35,762 bases of DNA from Rhodoferax sp. (lineage in GTDB: Bacteria > Pseudomonadota > Gammaproteobacteria > Burkholderiales > Burkholderiaceae_C), in NCBI GenBank assembly GCA_037968455.1, contig JBBKVN010000120.1, positions 1-35,762 on the forward strand, in the 5' to 3' direction. Positions 1 through 10,760 of this stretch are shown here, piece after piece. Positions within the stretch are counted from its first letter, which is position 1. Each line of letters opens with the position of its first letter. Position numbers and translations under genes: made by a program. The notes under the pieces are model-generated. The model worked only from the letters and a program-made list of their open reading frames with translations, was not told the origin of the DNA and ran no database searches.

Positions 1-195
1 GCTGTCGTCCCAGAGGCGCTGGAAGTTCTCCAAGCCGACGAACTCGGTGGACATGCCGAAGGGGTCTTGGCTGAGCACACTTTGGTACAGCGCTTGGGCA
101 GCTGGCCAGAAAAAGAAGACCAGCACGATTGCCATTTGCGGGGCAATCAAGACCCAGGGCAGCCAGCTTGACTTGAATCGAACGCGTTTTTCCAT
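1..195 (-). CDS. ugpA: sn-glycerol-3-phosphate ABC transporter permease (5' part; runs off window)
   Basis: Not in the ORF track. Manual translation from ATG at 195 gives MEKRVRFKSSWLPWVLIAPQMAIVLVFFFWPAAQALYQSVLSQDPFGMSTEFVGLENFQRLWDDS, a typical UgpA N-terminus. Directly downstream of ugpB. Confidence 0.92.
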   Translation of the reverse strand, partial: MEKRVRFKSSWLPWVLIAPQMAIVLVFFFWPAAQALYQSVLSQDPFGMSTEFVGLENFQRLWDDS

Positions 196-232
196 GGGGA
201 GAAGATGCGGTAATTTGACAGTGAAATGAAAT

Positions 233-266
233 ACACGCCGCAGCCGGAAAACCGGTTGCGGCGTGT
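233..266 (-). terminator. Intercistronic stem-loop between ugpB and ugpA (partial terminator or mRNA stabiliser)
   Basis: ACACGCCGCAGCCGG-AAAA-CCGGTTGCGGCGTGT: 15-bp stem with one mismatch/wobble. Such loops are common after solute-binding-protein genes. Confidence 0.65.
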
Positions 267-300
267 GATGGGGGCTCAGCTTAAATCTGAGCGGGTGAGC

Positions 301-1605
301 TTAAGACTTGTTGGCTTTCTGGAAGCGCTCCAATTGCTCGTTGCCACGCTGAACGGCGGTGTCTAGGGCTTCTTTGGCAGTTTTCTTGCCGGCCCAGACG
401 TTTTCCAGTTCTTCGTCGTTGATGGTGCGAATCTGGACAAAGTTACCCAAGCGAATGCCGCGCGACTTGTCCGTTGTTTTGCGAATCATCTGTGTCACTG
501 GCACGTCGGTGCCGGGGTTCTTCTTGTAGAAGTCGCCCTTGTCCGTCAGTTTGAAGGACTCCAGCGTCACAGGCAGGTAGCCGGTTCGTTGGTGGCTGGC
601 AGCAGCCACTTCAGGCTGTGACAGGTAGGCGAAGAATTGGCCAACACCTTTGTATTCAGCCGCTTTTTTGCCCGACATCACCCATAAGCTGGCACCACCA
701 ATGACGGTGTTCTGAGGTGCGCCGGCCACATCAGGGTAGTAGGGCAGGGTCGAAATGCCAGAGGCAAACTTCGCATTGCGCTTGACGTTGCCATACAAGG
801 AGGAAGATGCGGTGGTCATGGCGCACTCACCAGATACAAAGGTCGCGTCAGCCGCATTGCCACGGCCTTTGTACACAAACAGGCCGGTCTTAGCCATATT
901 GCCCAGATTCTCAATGTGGCGCACATGCAGCGGGCTGTTGAAGTTCAGACGGGCATCCATACCGCGCATACCGTTGCCTTTGGTCGCAAATTCGGTGTTG
1001 TGCCAGGCAGAGAAGCTTTCCAGCTGTGTCCAGCTCATCCAGCTGCTGGTGAATGGGCACTTTTGACCCGAGGCCTTGAGCTTGCCAGCGGCCAAAGCCA
1101 CTTCAGGCCAGGTCGTTGGTGGCTTCTCAGGGTCCATGCCCGCGGCCTTGAAGGCGTCTTTGTTGTAGAACAAGACGGGGGTGGAGCTGTTGAACGGGAA
1201 GCTCAGCATTTGACCGTTGGGGGCGGTGTAGTAACCGGCCACGGCGGGCACGTAAGCGGCAGGATCAAATTTAATGCCTGCGTCAGACATGACCTTGCCA
1301 ACGGGCACGATCGCGCCTTTGCTGGCCATCATGGTGGCGGTGCCCACTTCGAACACTTGCAGAATGTGCGGCGCATTGCCAGAGCGGAAGGCCGCGATGG
1401 CCGCCGTCATGGATTCGTCGTAGCTGCCCTTGAAGGTGGGAACAATCTTGTACTCGCTCTGGCTGGCGTTGAAGTCCTTAGACAGGTCATTGACCCACTC
1501 GCCCAGGGCGCCGCCCATGGAGTGCCACCATTGAACTTCGGTTTGGGCCTGTGCTGAGAGAGAGAAAGCGGCTGCAATTGCCACGGTCACTAGTTTCAGT
1601 TTCAT
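301..1605 (-). CDS. ugpB: sn-glycerol-3-phosphate ABC transporter substrate-binding protein
   Basis: Signal peptide; motifs QWWHSMGG, PHILQVFEVGTATMM, PFNSSTPVLFYNKDAF, PQNTVIGGASLWV. AGGAG RBS upstream. Confidence 0.95.
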   Translation of the reverse strand: MKLKLVTVAIAAAFSLSAQAQTEVQWWHSMGGALGEWVNDLSKDFNASQSEYKIVPTFKGSYDESMTAAIAAFRSGNAPHILQVFEVGTATMMASKGAIVPVGKVMSDAGIKFDPAAYVPAVAGYYTAPNGQMLSFPFNSSTPVLFYNKDAFKAAGMDPEKPPTTWPEVALAAGKLKASGQKCPFTSSWMSWTQLESFSAWHNTEFATKGNGMRGMDARLNFNSPLHVRHIENLGNMAKTGLFVYKGRGNAADATFVSGECAMTTASSSLYGNVKRNAKFASGISTLPYYPDVAGAPQNTVIGGASLWVMSGKKAAEYKGVGQFFAYLSQPEVAAASHQRTGYLPVTLESFKLTDKGDFYKKNPGTDVPVTQMIRKTTDKSRGIRLGNFVQIRTINDEELENVWAGKKTAKEALDTAVQRGNEQLERFQKANKS

Positions 1606-1634
1606 GGAGTCTCCTAATATGAATGAAAGGCGAG

Positions 1635-1680
1635 AGCGTATCCCGGCTGTATGTCATTTTTTTGACACTTCAGTGTCGAA
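1635..1680 (-). promoter_or_regulatory. Pho-box (PhoB) promoter of the ugp operon
   Basis: Three hexamers at 11-bp spacing (minus strand CGACAC/TGTCAA/TGACAT; plus strand TGTCAT 1652, TGACAC 1663, TGTCGA 1674). A -10-like TACGCT (1640-1635) follows exactly 10 nt later. ugp is a Pho-regulon operon in E. coli. Confidence 0.7.
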
Positions 1681-1838
1681 AAAACGAGTGAGCGATTAGA
1701 CATCAGATTTGCACCCATGTAGATCAGGGTTTCCATCATGGCGGTGCGTGAATGGGGCACTGCGGTAATATCGGCCCCCAGCTGGTTTTTGAGTCGCACG
1801 ACTCATGTTTTTCGCTCTGGCTGCAACCACAGAACCCG

Positions 1839-4800
1839 ATGAACGCCCCCATTCAGATCACTCCCTTTGTGTCCGAGACGACGATCGCGTCGCACGGTCA
1901 TGCCCGCATTCGCGAAATTCCCTATAACTACACCTCGTTTTCTGACCGAGAGATCGTCATTCGATTGCTCGGCGCCCCCGCCTGGGATTGGCTGAATCAG
2001 CTGCGTGACGAGCGGCGCACCGGGCGTTCAGCCCGTATGTTGTACGAGGTACTGGGTGATATCTGGGTGGTGCAGCGCAACCCCTATTTGCAAGACGATT
2101 TGCTCGATAACCCCAAGCGCCGCGCCCAACTGGTCGAGGCCTTGCAGCACCGTTTGTCTGAGGTACAAAAGCGCCGTACGCCTGAAACTGACCCCGCACG
2201 CGACGCCATGGTGGGCGAGTTGCTGACGGCAGCCCGGCGCGCCGTGGCTGCTTTTGACGCCGCATTTGTCGAAGTGGCGGCGCTGCGGCGCAAGGCGCAA
2301 CGCGTGTTGAACAAGCTGACGGCCAAAGATAACGTCAAATTTGATGGTCTTAGCCGTGTCTCTCACGTGACAGATGCCACCGATTGGCGCGTGGAATACC
2401 CCTTTGTGGTGCTGACACCGGACACCGAAGCTGAGATGGCCGCACTGGTCAAAGGTTGTATTGAGTTGGGTTTGACCATCATTCCACGTGGCGGCGGCAC
2501 CGGTTACACGGGTGGAGCGATTCCTCTCACTTGGAAAAGTGTTGTTATCAACACCGAAAAGCTCGAAGCCATGACCGAGGTCGAGATGCTGACCTTGCCC
2601 GGCTTGTCCGAGCCGGTGGGGACAGTCTGGACCGAAGCCGGCGTGGTGACCCAGCGCGTGGCCGACGCTGCAGAGCGGGCCGGCTATGTGTTCGCAGTAG
2701 ACCCCACGTCTGCCGAAGCATCCTGCATTGGCGGCAACATTGCCATGAATGCGGGTGGCAAAAAAGCCGTGCTGTGGGGCACAGCGCTGGACAACTTGGC
2801 CTCGTGGCGCATGGTCACTCCTCAGGCCGAGTGGCTGGAGGTGACCCGCATTGACCACAACATGGGCAAGATCCATGACGTGGACGTGGCCAGCTTTGAG
2901 TTGCAGTATTTCAAGGCCGACGGCAAAACGCCGCTGCGCAAAGAGCGCCTGGACATTCCCGGCAAGACCTTCCGCAAAGAGGGCTTGGGCAAGGACGTGA
3001 CCGACAAGTTCTTGAGCGGGCTGCCCGGCATTCAGAAAGAAGGCTGCGACGGCCTGATTACGAGTGCCCGCTGGGTGGTGCACAAGATGCCGGGTCACAC
3101 CCGCACGGTGTGTCTGGAGTTTTTTGGCAACGCCAAGGACGCGGTGCCGAGCATTGTCGAAATCAAAGATTTCATGTTTGCCGAGCAAAAGCGCACCGGC
3201 GTGTTGTTGGCTGGCCTGGAGCATTTGGATGACCGCTACCTGAAAGCGGTGGGTTATGCCACCAAATCCAAACGCGGCGGCCTACCCAAAATGGTGTTGG
3301 TGGGTGACATTGCGGGTAACGACGCTGACGCCGTGGCACGGGCCACCTCAGAGGTGGTGCGCATTGCCAATTCGCGCAGCGGCGAGGGCTTTATTGCCAT
3401 CAGCCCAGAGGCGCGCAAAAAATTCTGGCTGGACCGCAAGCGCACGGCGGCAATCTCACGTCACACCAACGCCTTCAAGATCAACGAAGACGTGGTGATT
3501 CCCCTGCCGCGCATGGCCGAGTACACCGACGGCATTGAGCGCATCAATATTGAACTGAGCCTGAGCAACAAGCTGGCGCTCTGTGATGCCCTGGAAGAGT
3601 TCTTTGCCAAGGGCAATCTGCCGTTGGGCAAGCAAGACGACGCCAACGAGATTCCCTCCGCCGAACTGCTGGAAGACCGGGTCGGCCAGGCGCTGGCGCT
3701 GGTGCGCGAGGTTCGCAAGCTGTGGGGCGGATGGTTGCTTGACGTGGAAACCCTGTTTCCCCAGTTGCAAGACCACACCCTGCGGGCGAGTTGGAAGACA
3801 CAGTTGCGCTTGCCTTTGCAGCAAATTTTTGCGGGAAGTGCCTTCGAGGCGATCTTGTCAGAGTGCACTGCCGTGCACAAGCGCGTGCTGAAAGGCCGCG
3901 TTTGGGCAGCGTTGCACATGCATGCCGGCGACGGCAATGTGCACACCAACCTGCCAGTCAACAGCGACGACTATGAAATGCTGCAGGCGGCACATGGCGC
4001 AGTCAAACGCATCATGGCACTGGCGCGATCCCTGGGCGGCGTGATTTCGGGCGAGCACGGCATTGGCATCACCAAGTTGGAGTTTTTGACGGATGAAGAG
4101 CTGCAACCGTTCACCGACTACAAAGCCAAGGTGGACCCGGAAGGCCGCTTTAATAAAGGCAAGTTGCTACGAAATTCAGAGCTGCTTGCGCAAGATGGAC
4201 GGTCGCCTAGCTCTGATTTGACCAACGCTTACACTCCAAGCTTCGGCTTGATGGGGCATGAGTCCTTAATCATGCAGCAAAGCGATATTGGCGCAATTGC
4301 CGACAGCGTGAAAGACTGCCTGCGCTGCGGTAAGTGCAAGCCGGTGTGCGCCACCCACGTGCCGCGTGCCAATTTGCTTTACAGCCCGCGCAACAAGATT
4401 TTGGCCACTTCGCTGTTGGTGGAAGCGTTTTTGTACGAAGAGCAGACGCGCCGGGGCGTCAGCATCAAGCACTGGCAAGAGTTTGAAGACGTGGCCGACC
4501 ATTGCACGGTGTGCCACAAGTGCTTGTCACCGTGCCCCGTCAAAATCGACTTTGGTGACGTGACCATGAACATGCGCAACTTGTTGCGCAAGATGGGCAA
4601 GAAGAGCTTCCGTCCGGCGGGGGCCGCAGCCATGTTCATGTTGAACGCGACCAACCCGGAGACCATCAAGTTCGCGCGTTCGGTCATGGTCAACGTGGCT
4701 ATCAAGGCGCAGCGCATTGCCGCTGACATTCTCAAAGTGGTAGCGCGCAAGCAAACCAAGGCGCCTCCGGCCACGCTGGGCACTGCACCGATCAAAGAGC

Positions 4801-5729
4801 AGGTGATTCACTTCATCAACAAAAAGCTTCCCGGTGGCTTGCCCAAGAAGACGGCACGTGCTTTGCTCGACATTGAGGACAAGGACTACGTGCCCATCAT
4901 TCGGGACCCCAAGACCACCAACAGCGAGACCGAGGCCGTGTTTTACTTCCCCGGTTGCGGCTCCGAGCGCCTGTTCAGTCAAGTGGGCTTGGCCACACAG
5001 GCCATGTTGTGGCATGCGGGTGTTCAGACGGTGTTGCCACCGGGCTACCTGTGCTGCGGCTACCCCCAGCGTGGGTCGGGTCAGTTTGACAAGGCCGAGA
5101 AGATGATCACCGACAACCGGGTGTTGTTCCACCGGGTCGCCAACACGCTGAACTACCTCGATATCAAAACCGTGGTGGTGAGCTGCGGCACTTGTTATGA
5201 CCAGCTGCAAGGCTATGAGTTCGACAAAATCTTCCCGGGCTCGCGGATCATTGATATCCACGAGTACCTGCTGGAAAAAGGCATCACGCTACAAAACGCG
5301 GGCTCTTTCTTGTTCCATGACCCGTGCCATAGCCCCATGAAGTTGCAGGAGCCCATCAAAACGGTGAAAGCATTGCTGGGCAATAACGTGGTCCAGTCTG
5401 AGCGTTGCTGTGGCGAATCTGGCACATTGGCGCTGAATCGGCCGGATATTTCGACTCAGGTGCGCTTTCGCAAAGAAGAAGAAATACTCAAAGGCGAAAC
5501 TCAGCTGCGTGAAATGGGTGGTTTGGCGCCCAAGGAAAACATCAAGATATTGACCTCTTGCCCCGCCTGTCTTCAGGGCCTGAGTCGCTATGGCGATGAT
5601 TTGAACAATGGCCTGCTGGAGGCTGACTACATCGTCGTCGAGATGGCCAACCAAATTCTGGGTGACCAGTGGATGCCGGATTACGTCAAAAAGGCCAACG
5701 AAGGCGGCATCGAACGGGTGTTGGTGTAA
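1839..5729 (+). CDS. Large FAD-linked oxidase / 4Fe-4S / CCG-domain oxidoreductase (GlcD+GlcF-like fusion, DUF3683/DUF3400 type)
   Basis: Motifs [37 protein letters not shown], two ferredoxin motifs ([22 protein letters not shown]) and two CCG motifs. Start placed at ATG 1839 rather than 1752. Confidence 0.88.
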   Translation: MNAPIQITPFVSETTIASHGHARIREIPYNYTSFSDREIVIRLLGAPAWDWLNQLRDERRTGRSARMLYEVLGDIWVVQRNPYLQDDLLDNPKRRAQLVEALQHRLSEVQKRRTPETDPARDAMVGELLTAARRAVAAFDAAFVEVAALRRKAQRVLNKLTAKDNVKFDGLSRVSHVTDATDWRVEYPFVVLTPDTEAEMAALVKGCIELGLTIIPRGGGTGYTGGAIPLTWKSVVINTEKLEAMTEVEMLTLPGLSEPVGTVWTEAGVVTQRVADAAERAGYVFAVDPTSAEASCIGGNIAMNAGGKKAVLWGTALDNLASWRMVTPQAEWLEVTRIDHNMGKIHDVDVASFELQYFKADGKTPLRKERLDIPGKTFRKEGLGKDVTDKFLSGLPGIQKEGCDGLITSARWVVHKMPGHTRTVCLEFFGNAKDAVPSIVEIKDFMFAEQKRTGVLLAGLEHLDDRYLKAVGYATKSKRGGLPKMVLVGDIAGNDADAVARATSEVVRIANSRSGEGFIAISPEARKKFWLDRKRTAAISRHTNAFKINEDVVIPLPRMAEYTDGIERINIELSLSNKLALCDALEEFFAKGNLPLGKQDDANEIPSAELLEDRVGQALALVREVRKLWGGWLLDVETLFPQLQDHTLRASWKTQLRLPLQQIFAGSAFEAILSECTAVHKRVLKGRVWAALHMHAGDGNVHTNLPVNSDDYEMLQAAHGAVKRIMALARSLGGVISGEHGIGITKLEFLTDEELQPFTDYKAKVDPEGRFNKGKLLRNSELLAQDGRSPSSDLTNAYTPSFGLMGHESLIMQQSDIGAIADSVKDCLRCGKCKPVCATHVPRANLLYSPRNKILATSLLVEAFLYEEQTRRGVSIKHWQEFEDVADHCTVCHKCLSPCPVKIDFGDVTMNMRNLLRKMGKKSFRPAGAAAMFMLNATNPETIKFARSVMVNVAIKAQRIAADILKVVARKQTKAPPATLGTAPIKEQVIHFINKKLPGGLPKKTARALLDIEDKDYVPIIRDPKTTNSETEAVFYFPGCGSERLFSQVGLATQAMLWHAGVQTVLPPGYLCCGYPQRGSGQFDKAEKMITDNRVLFHRVANTLNYLDIKTVVVSCGTCYDQLQGYEFDKIFPGSRIIDIHEYLLEKGITLQNAGSFLFHDPCHSPMKLQEPIKTVKALLGNNVVQSERCCGESGTLALNRPDISTQVRFRKEEEILKGETQLREMGGLAPKENIKILTSCPACLQGLSRYGDDLNNGLLEADYIVVEMANQILGDQWMPDYVKKANEGGIERVLV
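4166..4219 (+). repeat. 54-bp dispersed palindrome-headed repeat, in-frame copy inside CDS
   Basis: GCTACGAAATTCAGAGCTGCTTGCGCAAGATGGACGG...GATTT. By hand count, 35/54 ungapped identity to the reverse complement of 33739-33792. Confidence 0.75.
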
Positions 5730-5764
5730 GCAACACTGCATCCGCGTCTTTCTTGAACGATCCC

Positions 5765-5804
5765 GCCACACCGCCAATTGCGGTGTGGCCCCTTTAGATT
5801 TTTT
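5765..5804 (+). terminator. Rho-independent terminator-like hairpin
   Basis: GCCACACCGC-CAATT-GCGGTGTGGC (10-bp perfect stem) followed by CCCTTTAGATTTTTT. Confidence 0.55.
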
Positions 5805-5818
5805 GAATAGGTGAGCTC

Positions 5819-6232
5819 ATGGCAGGTTTGCAATCAGGCGCTCCGACGCCGCAGTCGATCACAGTGCACAGCCAGTCCAAAGTGCTGGAGGTGACTTTCT
5901 CCGATGGCGCTGAATTTCGCATTCCCTTTGAGCTGATGCGTGTGTATTCGCCGTCAGCCGAGGTGCAAGGCCACGGACCGGGTCAAGAGGTGCTGCAGAC
6001 CGGCAAGCGCGAGGTGGAGCTGGCTGGCCTGGAGCCCGTCGGCAACTACGCCGTGCAGCCTGCGTTTTCCGATGGCCATGACTCCGGCATCTTCTCCTGG
6101 GACTACCTGTATTTCCTGGGCTCGCAGCAAGACAAGCTTTGGGCGGACTATGAAGCCCGTCTGCATGCCGCCGGGGTGGAGCGCGATTCGCCCATGCCCG
6201 AGAAGGCCGGACATGGTTGCGCCAGTCACTGA
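5819..6232 (+). CDS. DUF971 / gamma-butyrobetaine hydroxylase N-terminal-like protein
   Basis: Motifs ELMRVYSPSAEVQGHG, EPVGNYAV, FSDGHDSGIFSWDYL. Confidence 0.9.
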   Translation: MAGLQSGAPTPQSITVHSQSKVLEVTFSDGAEFRIPFELMRVYSPSAEVQGHGPGQEVLQTGKREVELAGLEPVGNYAVQPAFSDGHDSGIFSWDYLYFLGSQQDKLWADYEARLHAAGVERDSPMPEKAGHGCASH

Positions 6233-6239
6233 TTTTCAA

Positions 6240-6293
6240 GCTATTTAATTGATAGCTGCCTGCGCTTTACCTACAAGGGGTGAAGCCGTTTTT
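6240..6293 (+). repeat. 54-bp dispersed palindrome-headed repeat, intergenic copy
   Basis: GCTATTTAATTGATAGCTGCCTGCGC.... The first 26 nt match the 33739-33792 copy (reverse complement) at 21/26. Confidence 0.8.
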
Positions 6294-6372
6294 TGTCAAT
6301 AAAGCAACATCAACCTGACCCACTCAGAATTATGGGTTTCCCTTTGATTGCTCAGCGTCTAGGATCACAGAC

Positions 6373-7104
6373 ATGACTACTACTCATTTTGGCTACCAGT
6401 CGGTGGACGAGGCAGAAAAAGCAAAACACGTGCGCGGCGTGTTTGACTCCGTGGCGCCCAAGTACGACTTGATGAACGACTTGATGTCGGGTGGGTTGCA
6501 CCGTGCCTGGAAGGCGTACACCGTGATGGTCGCCAACCTGCGGGAGGGACACCAGGTGCTCGATATCGCCGGTGGCACAGGTGACCTGGCCATGGCGTTT
6601 TCGAAAAAGGTCGGGAAAACCGGTCGCGTGGTGCATACCGATATCAATGAAGCCATGTTACGGACCGGCCGCGACCGTTTGCTGGACGCTGGCATCGCTT
6701 TGCCTACGCTTGTTTGTGACGCGGAGAAGTTGCCGTTTCCGAGCAATCACTTTGACGTGGTGAGTGTGGCCTTTGGCCTGCGCAATATGACGCACAAAGA
6801 TGTGGCACTGACAGAAATGAACCGTGTGCTTAAACCCGGCGGAAAATTGTTGGTGTTGGAGTTTTCCAAAGTGGCGCCGCCGCTTGAGAAAATCTACGAC
6901 TGGTATTCCTTCAAGGTCTTGCCCAAGTTGGGCAAACTGGTGGCCGGTGATGACTCCAGCTACCGCTATCTGGCGGAGTCGATTCGCATGCACCCAGGCC
7001 AAGAAGAGTTGAAAGCCCTGATGAAATCTAGTGGCTTTGGCCATGTGGATTACCACAACCTCACCGGCGGGCTGGTAGCCTTGCATGCCGGGATCAAGTG
7101 TTGA
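6373..7104 (+). CDS. ubiE: Ubiquinone/menaquinone biosynthesis C-methyltransferase
   Basis: Motifs [53 protein letters not shown]. Confidence 0.97.
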   Translation: MTTTHFGYQSVDEAEKAKHVRGVFDSVAPKYDLMNDLMSGGLHRAWKAYTVMVANLREGHQVLDIAGGTGDLAMAFSKKVGKTGRVVHTDINEAMLRTGRDRLLDAGIALPTLVCDAEKLPFPSNHFDVVSVAFGLRNMTHKDVALTEMNRVLKPGGKLLVLEFSKVAPPLEKIYDWYSFKVLPKLGKLVAGDDSSYRYLAESIRMHPGQEELKALMKSSGFGHVDYHNLTGGLVALHAGIKC

Positions 7105-7167
7105 CTGCCCCGGTTAGAAAAATCAACGCGCTCAATTGAACGCAATAACTCAATCTCTGGAGATTTC

Positions 7168-8112
7168 ATGAAATTCTGGTCTGTGTTTCTGGCCCTGTTT
7201 TTGATGCTGTCAGGCATCAATGCCGAGGCAGCCAAACGGTTTGGTGGTGGCAAATCCTTTGGACAGCAGTCCAGCAATGTGGCGCCGCGTCAGGCAGCGC
7301 CAGCCAAGCCAGCTGCCGCACCAGGTGCTGCCGCGCCTGCCGCTCCTCGCAAGCCATGGGGCGCCATGTTGGGTGGTCTGGCAGCGGGTCTGGGCTTGGC
7401 ATGGTTGGCCAGCTCTCTCGGTTTGGGAGAGGGCTTCGGGCAGATTCTGATGTTTGGCCTGCTGGCCTTGGGCGTGATGATGGCTATTGGCTGGTTCCGT
7501 CGCTCGCGTCAGTCGGCGCAGGCACCCGCCAGCACGTCACCGTTTGCGTTCCAAGGTGCTTCACCTGGCGCAACCGCCAAGGAACCTGCTACATACCGCC
7601 CAGAGAATGTGGGCAATGACGCCTCTGCCCGCCCTTGGGAGCGTCAAACCACCGCGTTTGACAGCGGACGACCCAGCACCGGTTCCATGATCGGCTCCGG
7701 TCTTTCCGGATCGCAGAATTGGGGCGTCCCCGCCGATTTCGACAGCGAAGGCTTCCTGAAATCAGCCAAGGCTAATTTTGTGTCCTTGCAAGCTGCTTGG
7801 GACAAGTCCGACATCAACGCCTTGCGCGTCATGATGACGGACACCATGTTGAAGGAGATTCAGTCGCAACTGAACGAGCGTGAGGTGCACACCGGTGGGC
7901 CAGTCAATTTGACTGATGTCGTCATGATTGAGGCTCAGTTGCTGGGCATTGAAGACCTGGGTGACGAATACATGGCCAGTGTCGAGTTCTCCGGCATGAT
8001 TCGTGAAGAGCCCTCTGCTGGCCCAAGCCCATTCCGCGAAGTCTGGAACATGACCAAGCGCAAGTCAGGCCCCAGCGGCTGGTTGGTGGCGGGCGTTCAG
8101 GCGCTTCAATAA
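7168..8112 (+). CDS. Tim44-domain membrane protein
   Basis: Signal peptide + KRFGGGKSFG, Ala/Pro linker, two TM segments, C-terminal FDSEGFLKSAKANFVSLQAAWD...FREVWNMTK...WLVAGVQ. Confidence 0.9.
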   Translation: MKFWSVFLALFLMLSGINAEAAKRFGGGKSFGQQSSNVAPRQAAPAKPAAAPGAAAPAAPRKPWGAMLGGLAAGLGLAWLASSLGLGEGFGQILMFGLLALGVMMAIGWFRRSRQSAQAPASTSPFAFQGASPGATAKEPATYRPENVGNDASARPWERQTTAFDSGRPSTGSMIGSGLSGSQNWGVPADFDSEGFLKSAKANFVSLQAAWDKSDINALRVMMTDTMLKEIQSQLNEREVHTGGPVNLTDVVMIEAQLLGIEDLGDEYMASVEFSGMIREEPSAGPSPFREVWNMTKRKSGPSGWLVAGVQALQ

Positions 8113-8216
8113 GCGCGTCTCCCGGGGTTGCCCTCACAGGGCCGTACCGGGCAGGAGTCAGGTGCCGGATCCCCATGGGGGAGAAGGCAATCTGAATTCA
8201 GGAATAATCGGGGACT

Positions 8217-8768
8217 ATGGCAACACAGTCCCCTTTTTCATTGCTGGAGGGTTTCCTCCAAAATCTTCCACTACCACCCGTTCAGCCACCTGCTTGGGTG
8301 GTCGACGAGGTTCAACGCCGCATTGTGCTGTTGTTGAACCATATTTTGATGCAGGAAGGCGAGGCCATGGCCCGTCTTGTCCGGCAGAAGAACCGGGTGG
8401 TTCAGATGCACTGGCGCACGTTCTCCATCAAACTCGTGGCAACGCCCGCCGGCTTGTTGGACCGTGCGGCAGATGACGCCAAGCCCGACTTGGTCTTGGC
8501 GCTTACCGAAATATCACCACTGGCATTGGCACAAGGTGCGTTGCGGGGCGACAAGCCGGCTGTACGCATTGAAGGTGATGTGCAATTGGCAGCAGAAGTG
8601 AATTGGCTGACCGATCACGTTCGCTGGGACATTGAAGAGGACCTGGCCCGTGTCATGGGCGATGCGCCAGCGCACACCTTGAGCCAGGCCGCCCGTGGCG
8701 CGGCGCAGGCATTGCGGCAGTTTTTGAGTTCCAACAGGGCAGCGGGATCCAACGGGCCAACGGCATGA
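8217..8768 (+). CDS. ubiJ: Ubiquinone biosynthesis accessory factor (SCP2 domain)
   Basis: Motifs [37 protein letters not shown] overlap with ubiB. Confidence 0.85.
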   Translation: MATQSPFSLLEGFLQNLPLPPVQPPAWVVDEVQRRIVLLLNHILMQEGEAMARLVRQKNRVVQMHWRTFSIKLVATPAGLLDRAADDAKPDLVLALTEISPLALAQGALRGDKPAVRIEGDVQLAAEVNWLTDHVRWDIEEDLARVMGDAPAHTLSQAARGAAQALRQFLSSNRAAGSNGPTA

Positions 8769-10330
8769 GGCGCTTATTTCGCGGCGTTTTCATTGTTTGG
8801 GTGATGTTGCGCTATGGCCTGGACGAGCTGGTCTTGACCAGCTTTCAAAAACCGTGGCTGCGGGTTATTGCACGAATCGTCTCCGTTGGGCGTGATTTAA
8901 AAGCCCCCCGTGGTCAAAGAATTCGCGAGGCCTTGGAGCGTTTGGGTCCGATATTCGTCAAGTTTGGACAGGTTCTGTCAACTCGTCGGGATTTGATGCC
9001 GATTGACATTGCCGATGAGTTGGCCCACCTGCAGGACCGGGTGCCTCCGTTTCCCACCGAGGTGGCCATCGCCACCATCGAGCGCGCCTTCAATAAAAAG
9101 GTGGACGATATCTTTGTCTCCTTTGACCGCAAGCCCATCGCCAGCGCGTCGATTGCGCAGGTCCATTTTGCGGTGCTAAAAGACCGCAACGGCGTGAATC
9201 GCGACGTGGCCGTCAAGGTCTTGCGCCCAGGCATGTTGTCGGTGATTGAAAAAGACTTGAGCTTGATGCGTCTGATGGCGGGTTGGGTCGAGGGTATGTC
9301 CAGCGATGGCAAACGCCTCAAACCTCGAGAGGTGGTGGCTGAATTTGACAAGTACCTGCACGATGAGCTTGATCTGGTGCGGGAGGCCTCCAGTGCGGCC
9401 CAGCTACGCCGCAATATGGAGGGCTTGGACCTGGTGTTGATCCCTGAGATGTTCTGGGATTACTGCATGACGGATGTGATTGTCATGCAGCGCATGACAG
9501 GCGTTCCCATCAGTCAGGTCGAGCGACTGCGTTCTGCGGGGGTGGATATTCCCAAACTGGCCCGTGACGGCGTGACGATTTTCTTTACCCAGGTGTTTCG
9601 CGACGGATTTTTTCACGCGGACATGCACCCCGGTAATATCCAGGTCAGCCTCGCGCCAGACACCTTTGGCCGCTACATCTCTCTGGATTTCGGCATCGTC
9701 GGCACGCTGACGGAGGTAGACAAAGAGTACCTGGCCCAAAATTTCACAGCCTTCTTTCGGCGCGACTACAAACGGGTGGCCGAGTTGCATATCGAATCAG
9801 GCTGGGTCCCGCGGACCACGCGCGTGGATGAGCTTGAGTCCGCGATTCGATCCGTGTGTGAGCCCTATTTTGATCGCCCGCTCAAGGAAATATCGCTGGG
9901 CATGGTGTTGATGCGCCTGTTTCAGACTTCGCGGCGCTTTCAGGTTGAAATCCAGCCTCAACTGGTGTTGCTGCAGAAGACCTTGCTCAATATCGAAGGC
10001 TTGGGGCGCCAATTGGACCCCGACCTCGACCTGTGGGCCACGGCCAAGCCATTTTTAGAGAAATGGATGATCGACCAACTCGGTCCCAAGAAGCTGCTGG
10101 ACGAGTTGCGCAACGAGTCGCCTCGCTACGCCAAGCTGATTCCGGAGTTGCCGCGCCTGCTGTATAGCTTTCTTCAAAACGACAGGACGACATCGGCCCA
10201 GGCCTTGAACGAGTTGCTGTTGGAGCAGAAGCGGACCAACCGGCTTTTGCAGGGCTTTCTCTATGGCGGCGTTGGCTTTGTGCTTGGCCTGCTTGTCATG
10301 CAACTGATTGTGCGGGTTCGGCTTTTCTAG
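8765..10330 (+). CDS. ubiB: Ubiquinone biosynthesis kinase-like protein
   Basis: Motifs [51 protein letters not shown]. Confidence 0.97.
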   Translation: MRRLFRGVFIVWVMLRYGLDELVLTSFQKPWLRVIARIVSVGRDLKAPRGQRIREALERLGPIFVKFGQVLSTRRDLMPIDIADELAHLQDRVPPFPTEVAIATIERAFNKKVDDIFVSFDRKPIASASIAQVHFAVLKDRNGVNRDVAVKVLRPGMLSVIEKDLSLMRLMAGWVEGMSSDGKRLKPREVVAEFDKYLHDELDLVREASSAAQLRRNMEGLDLVLIPEMFWDYCMTDVIVMQRMTGVPISQVERLRSAGVDIPKLARDGVTIFFTQVFRDGFFHADMHPGNIQVSLAPDTFGRYISLDFGIVGTLTEVDKEYLAQNFTAFFRRDYKRVAELHIESGWVPRTTRVDELESAIRSVCEPYFDRPLKEISLGMVLMRLFQTSRRFQVEIQPQLVLLQKTLLNIEGLGRQLDPDLDLWATAKPFLEKWMIDQLGPKKLLDELRNESPRYAKLIPELPRLLYSFLQNDRTTSAQALNELLLEQKRTNRLLQGFLYGGVGFVLGLLVMQLIVRVRLF

Positions 10331-10410
10331 CTTGGTGTGTCCTCAGGCGCGTGAATTCGGGCGACGCCTTATAATTGAAGGCTTTGCAACCCGAGTTTGA
10401 GCCCAATTTC

Positions 10411-10719
10411 ATGCCAATTTACGCCTACAAATGTGAGTCCTGTGGATTTGCCAAGGATGTGCTGCAAAAAATGTCGGACGCCCCGTTGACGGACTGTCCC
10501 GACTGCCACGCGCCGGCGTTCAAAAAGCAGGTGACTGCCGCTGGGTTTCAGCTCAAGGGGTCAGGCTGGTATGCCACTGATTTCAAAGGCGGCCCTCCAG
10601 CAAGTACTGCACCCAAATCCGAATCCACGGAAGCGGCGAAAAGCACAGAGACGCCTAGCGCCAAGCCGGCCGTCTCGACACCCGCTCCCGCCCCGTCAGC
10701 AGGAAAAGCTGACGCCTGA
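10411..10719 (+). CDS. FmdB-family zinc-ribbon protein
   Basis: MPIYAYKCESCG...CPDC...FQLKGSGWYATDF with an Ala/Pro/Ser-rich tail. Start set at ATG 10411. Confidence 0.9.
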   Translation: MPIYAYKCESCGFAKDVLQKMSDAPLTDCPDCHAPAFKKQVTAAGFQLKGSGWYATDFKGGPPASTAPKSESTEAAKSTETPSAKPAVSTPAPAPSAGKADA

Positions 10720-10760
10720 GTGGCTCATTGAGTCGGGTCAAGTGACCTTTTGGAATTGCT

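Noticed and set aside
2028-3224. 398-aa antisense ORF (also 11768-13069, 22805-23545, 25990-26637 and similar)
   Set aside because: These are shadow ORFs opposite well-conserved genes, expected from codon bias in GC-rich DNA. They carry no recognisable motifs.
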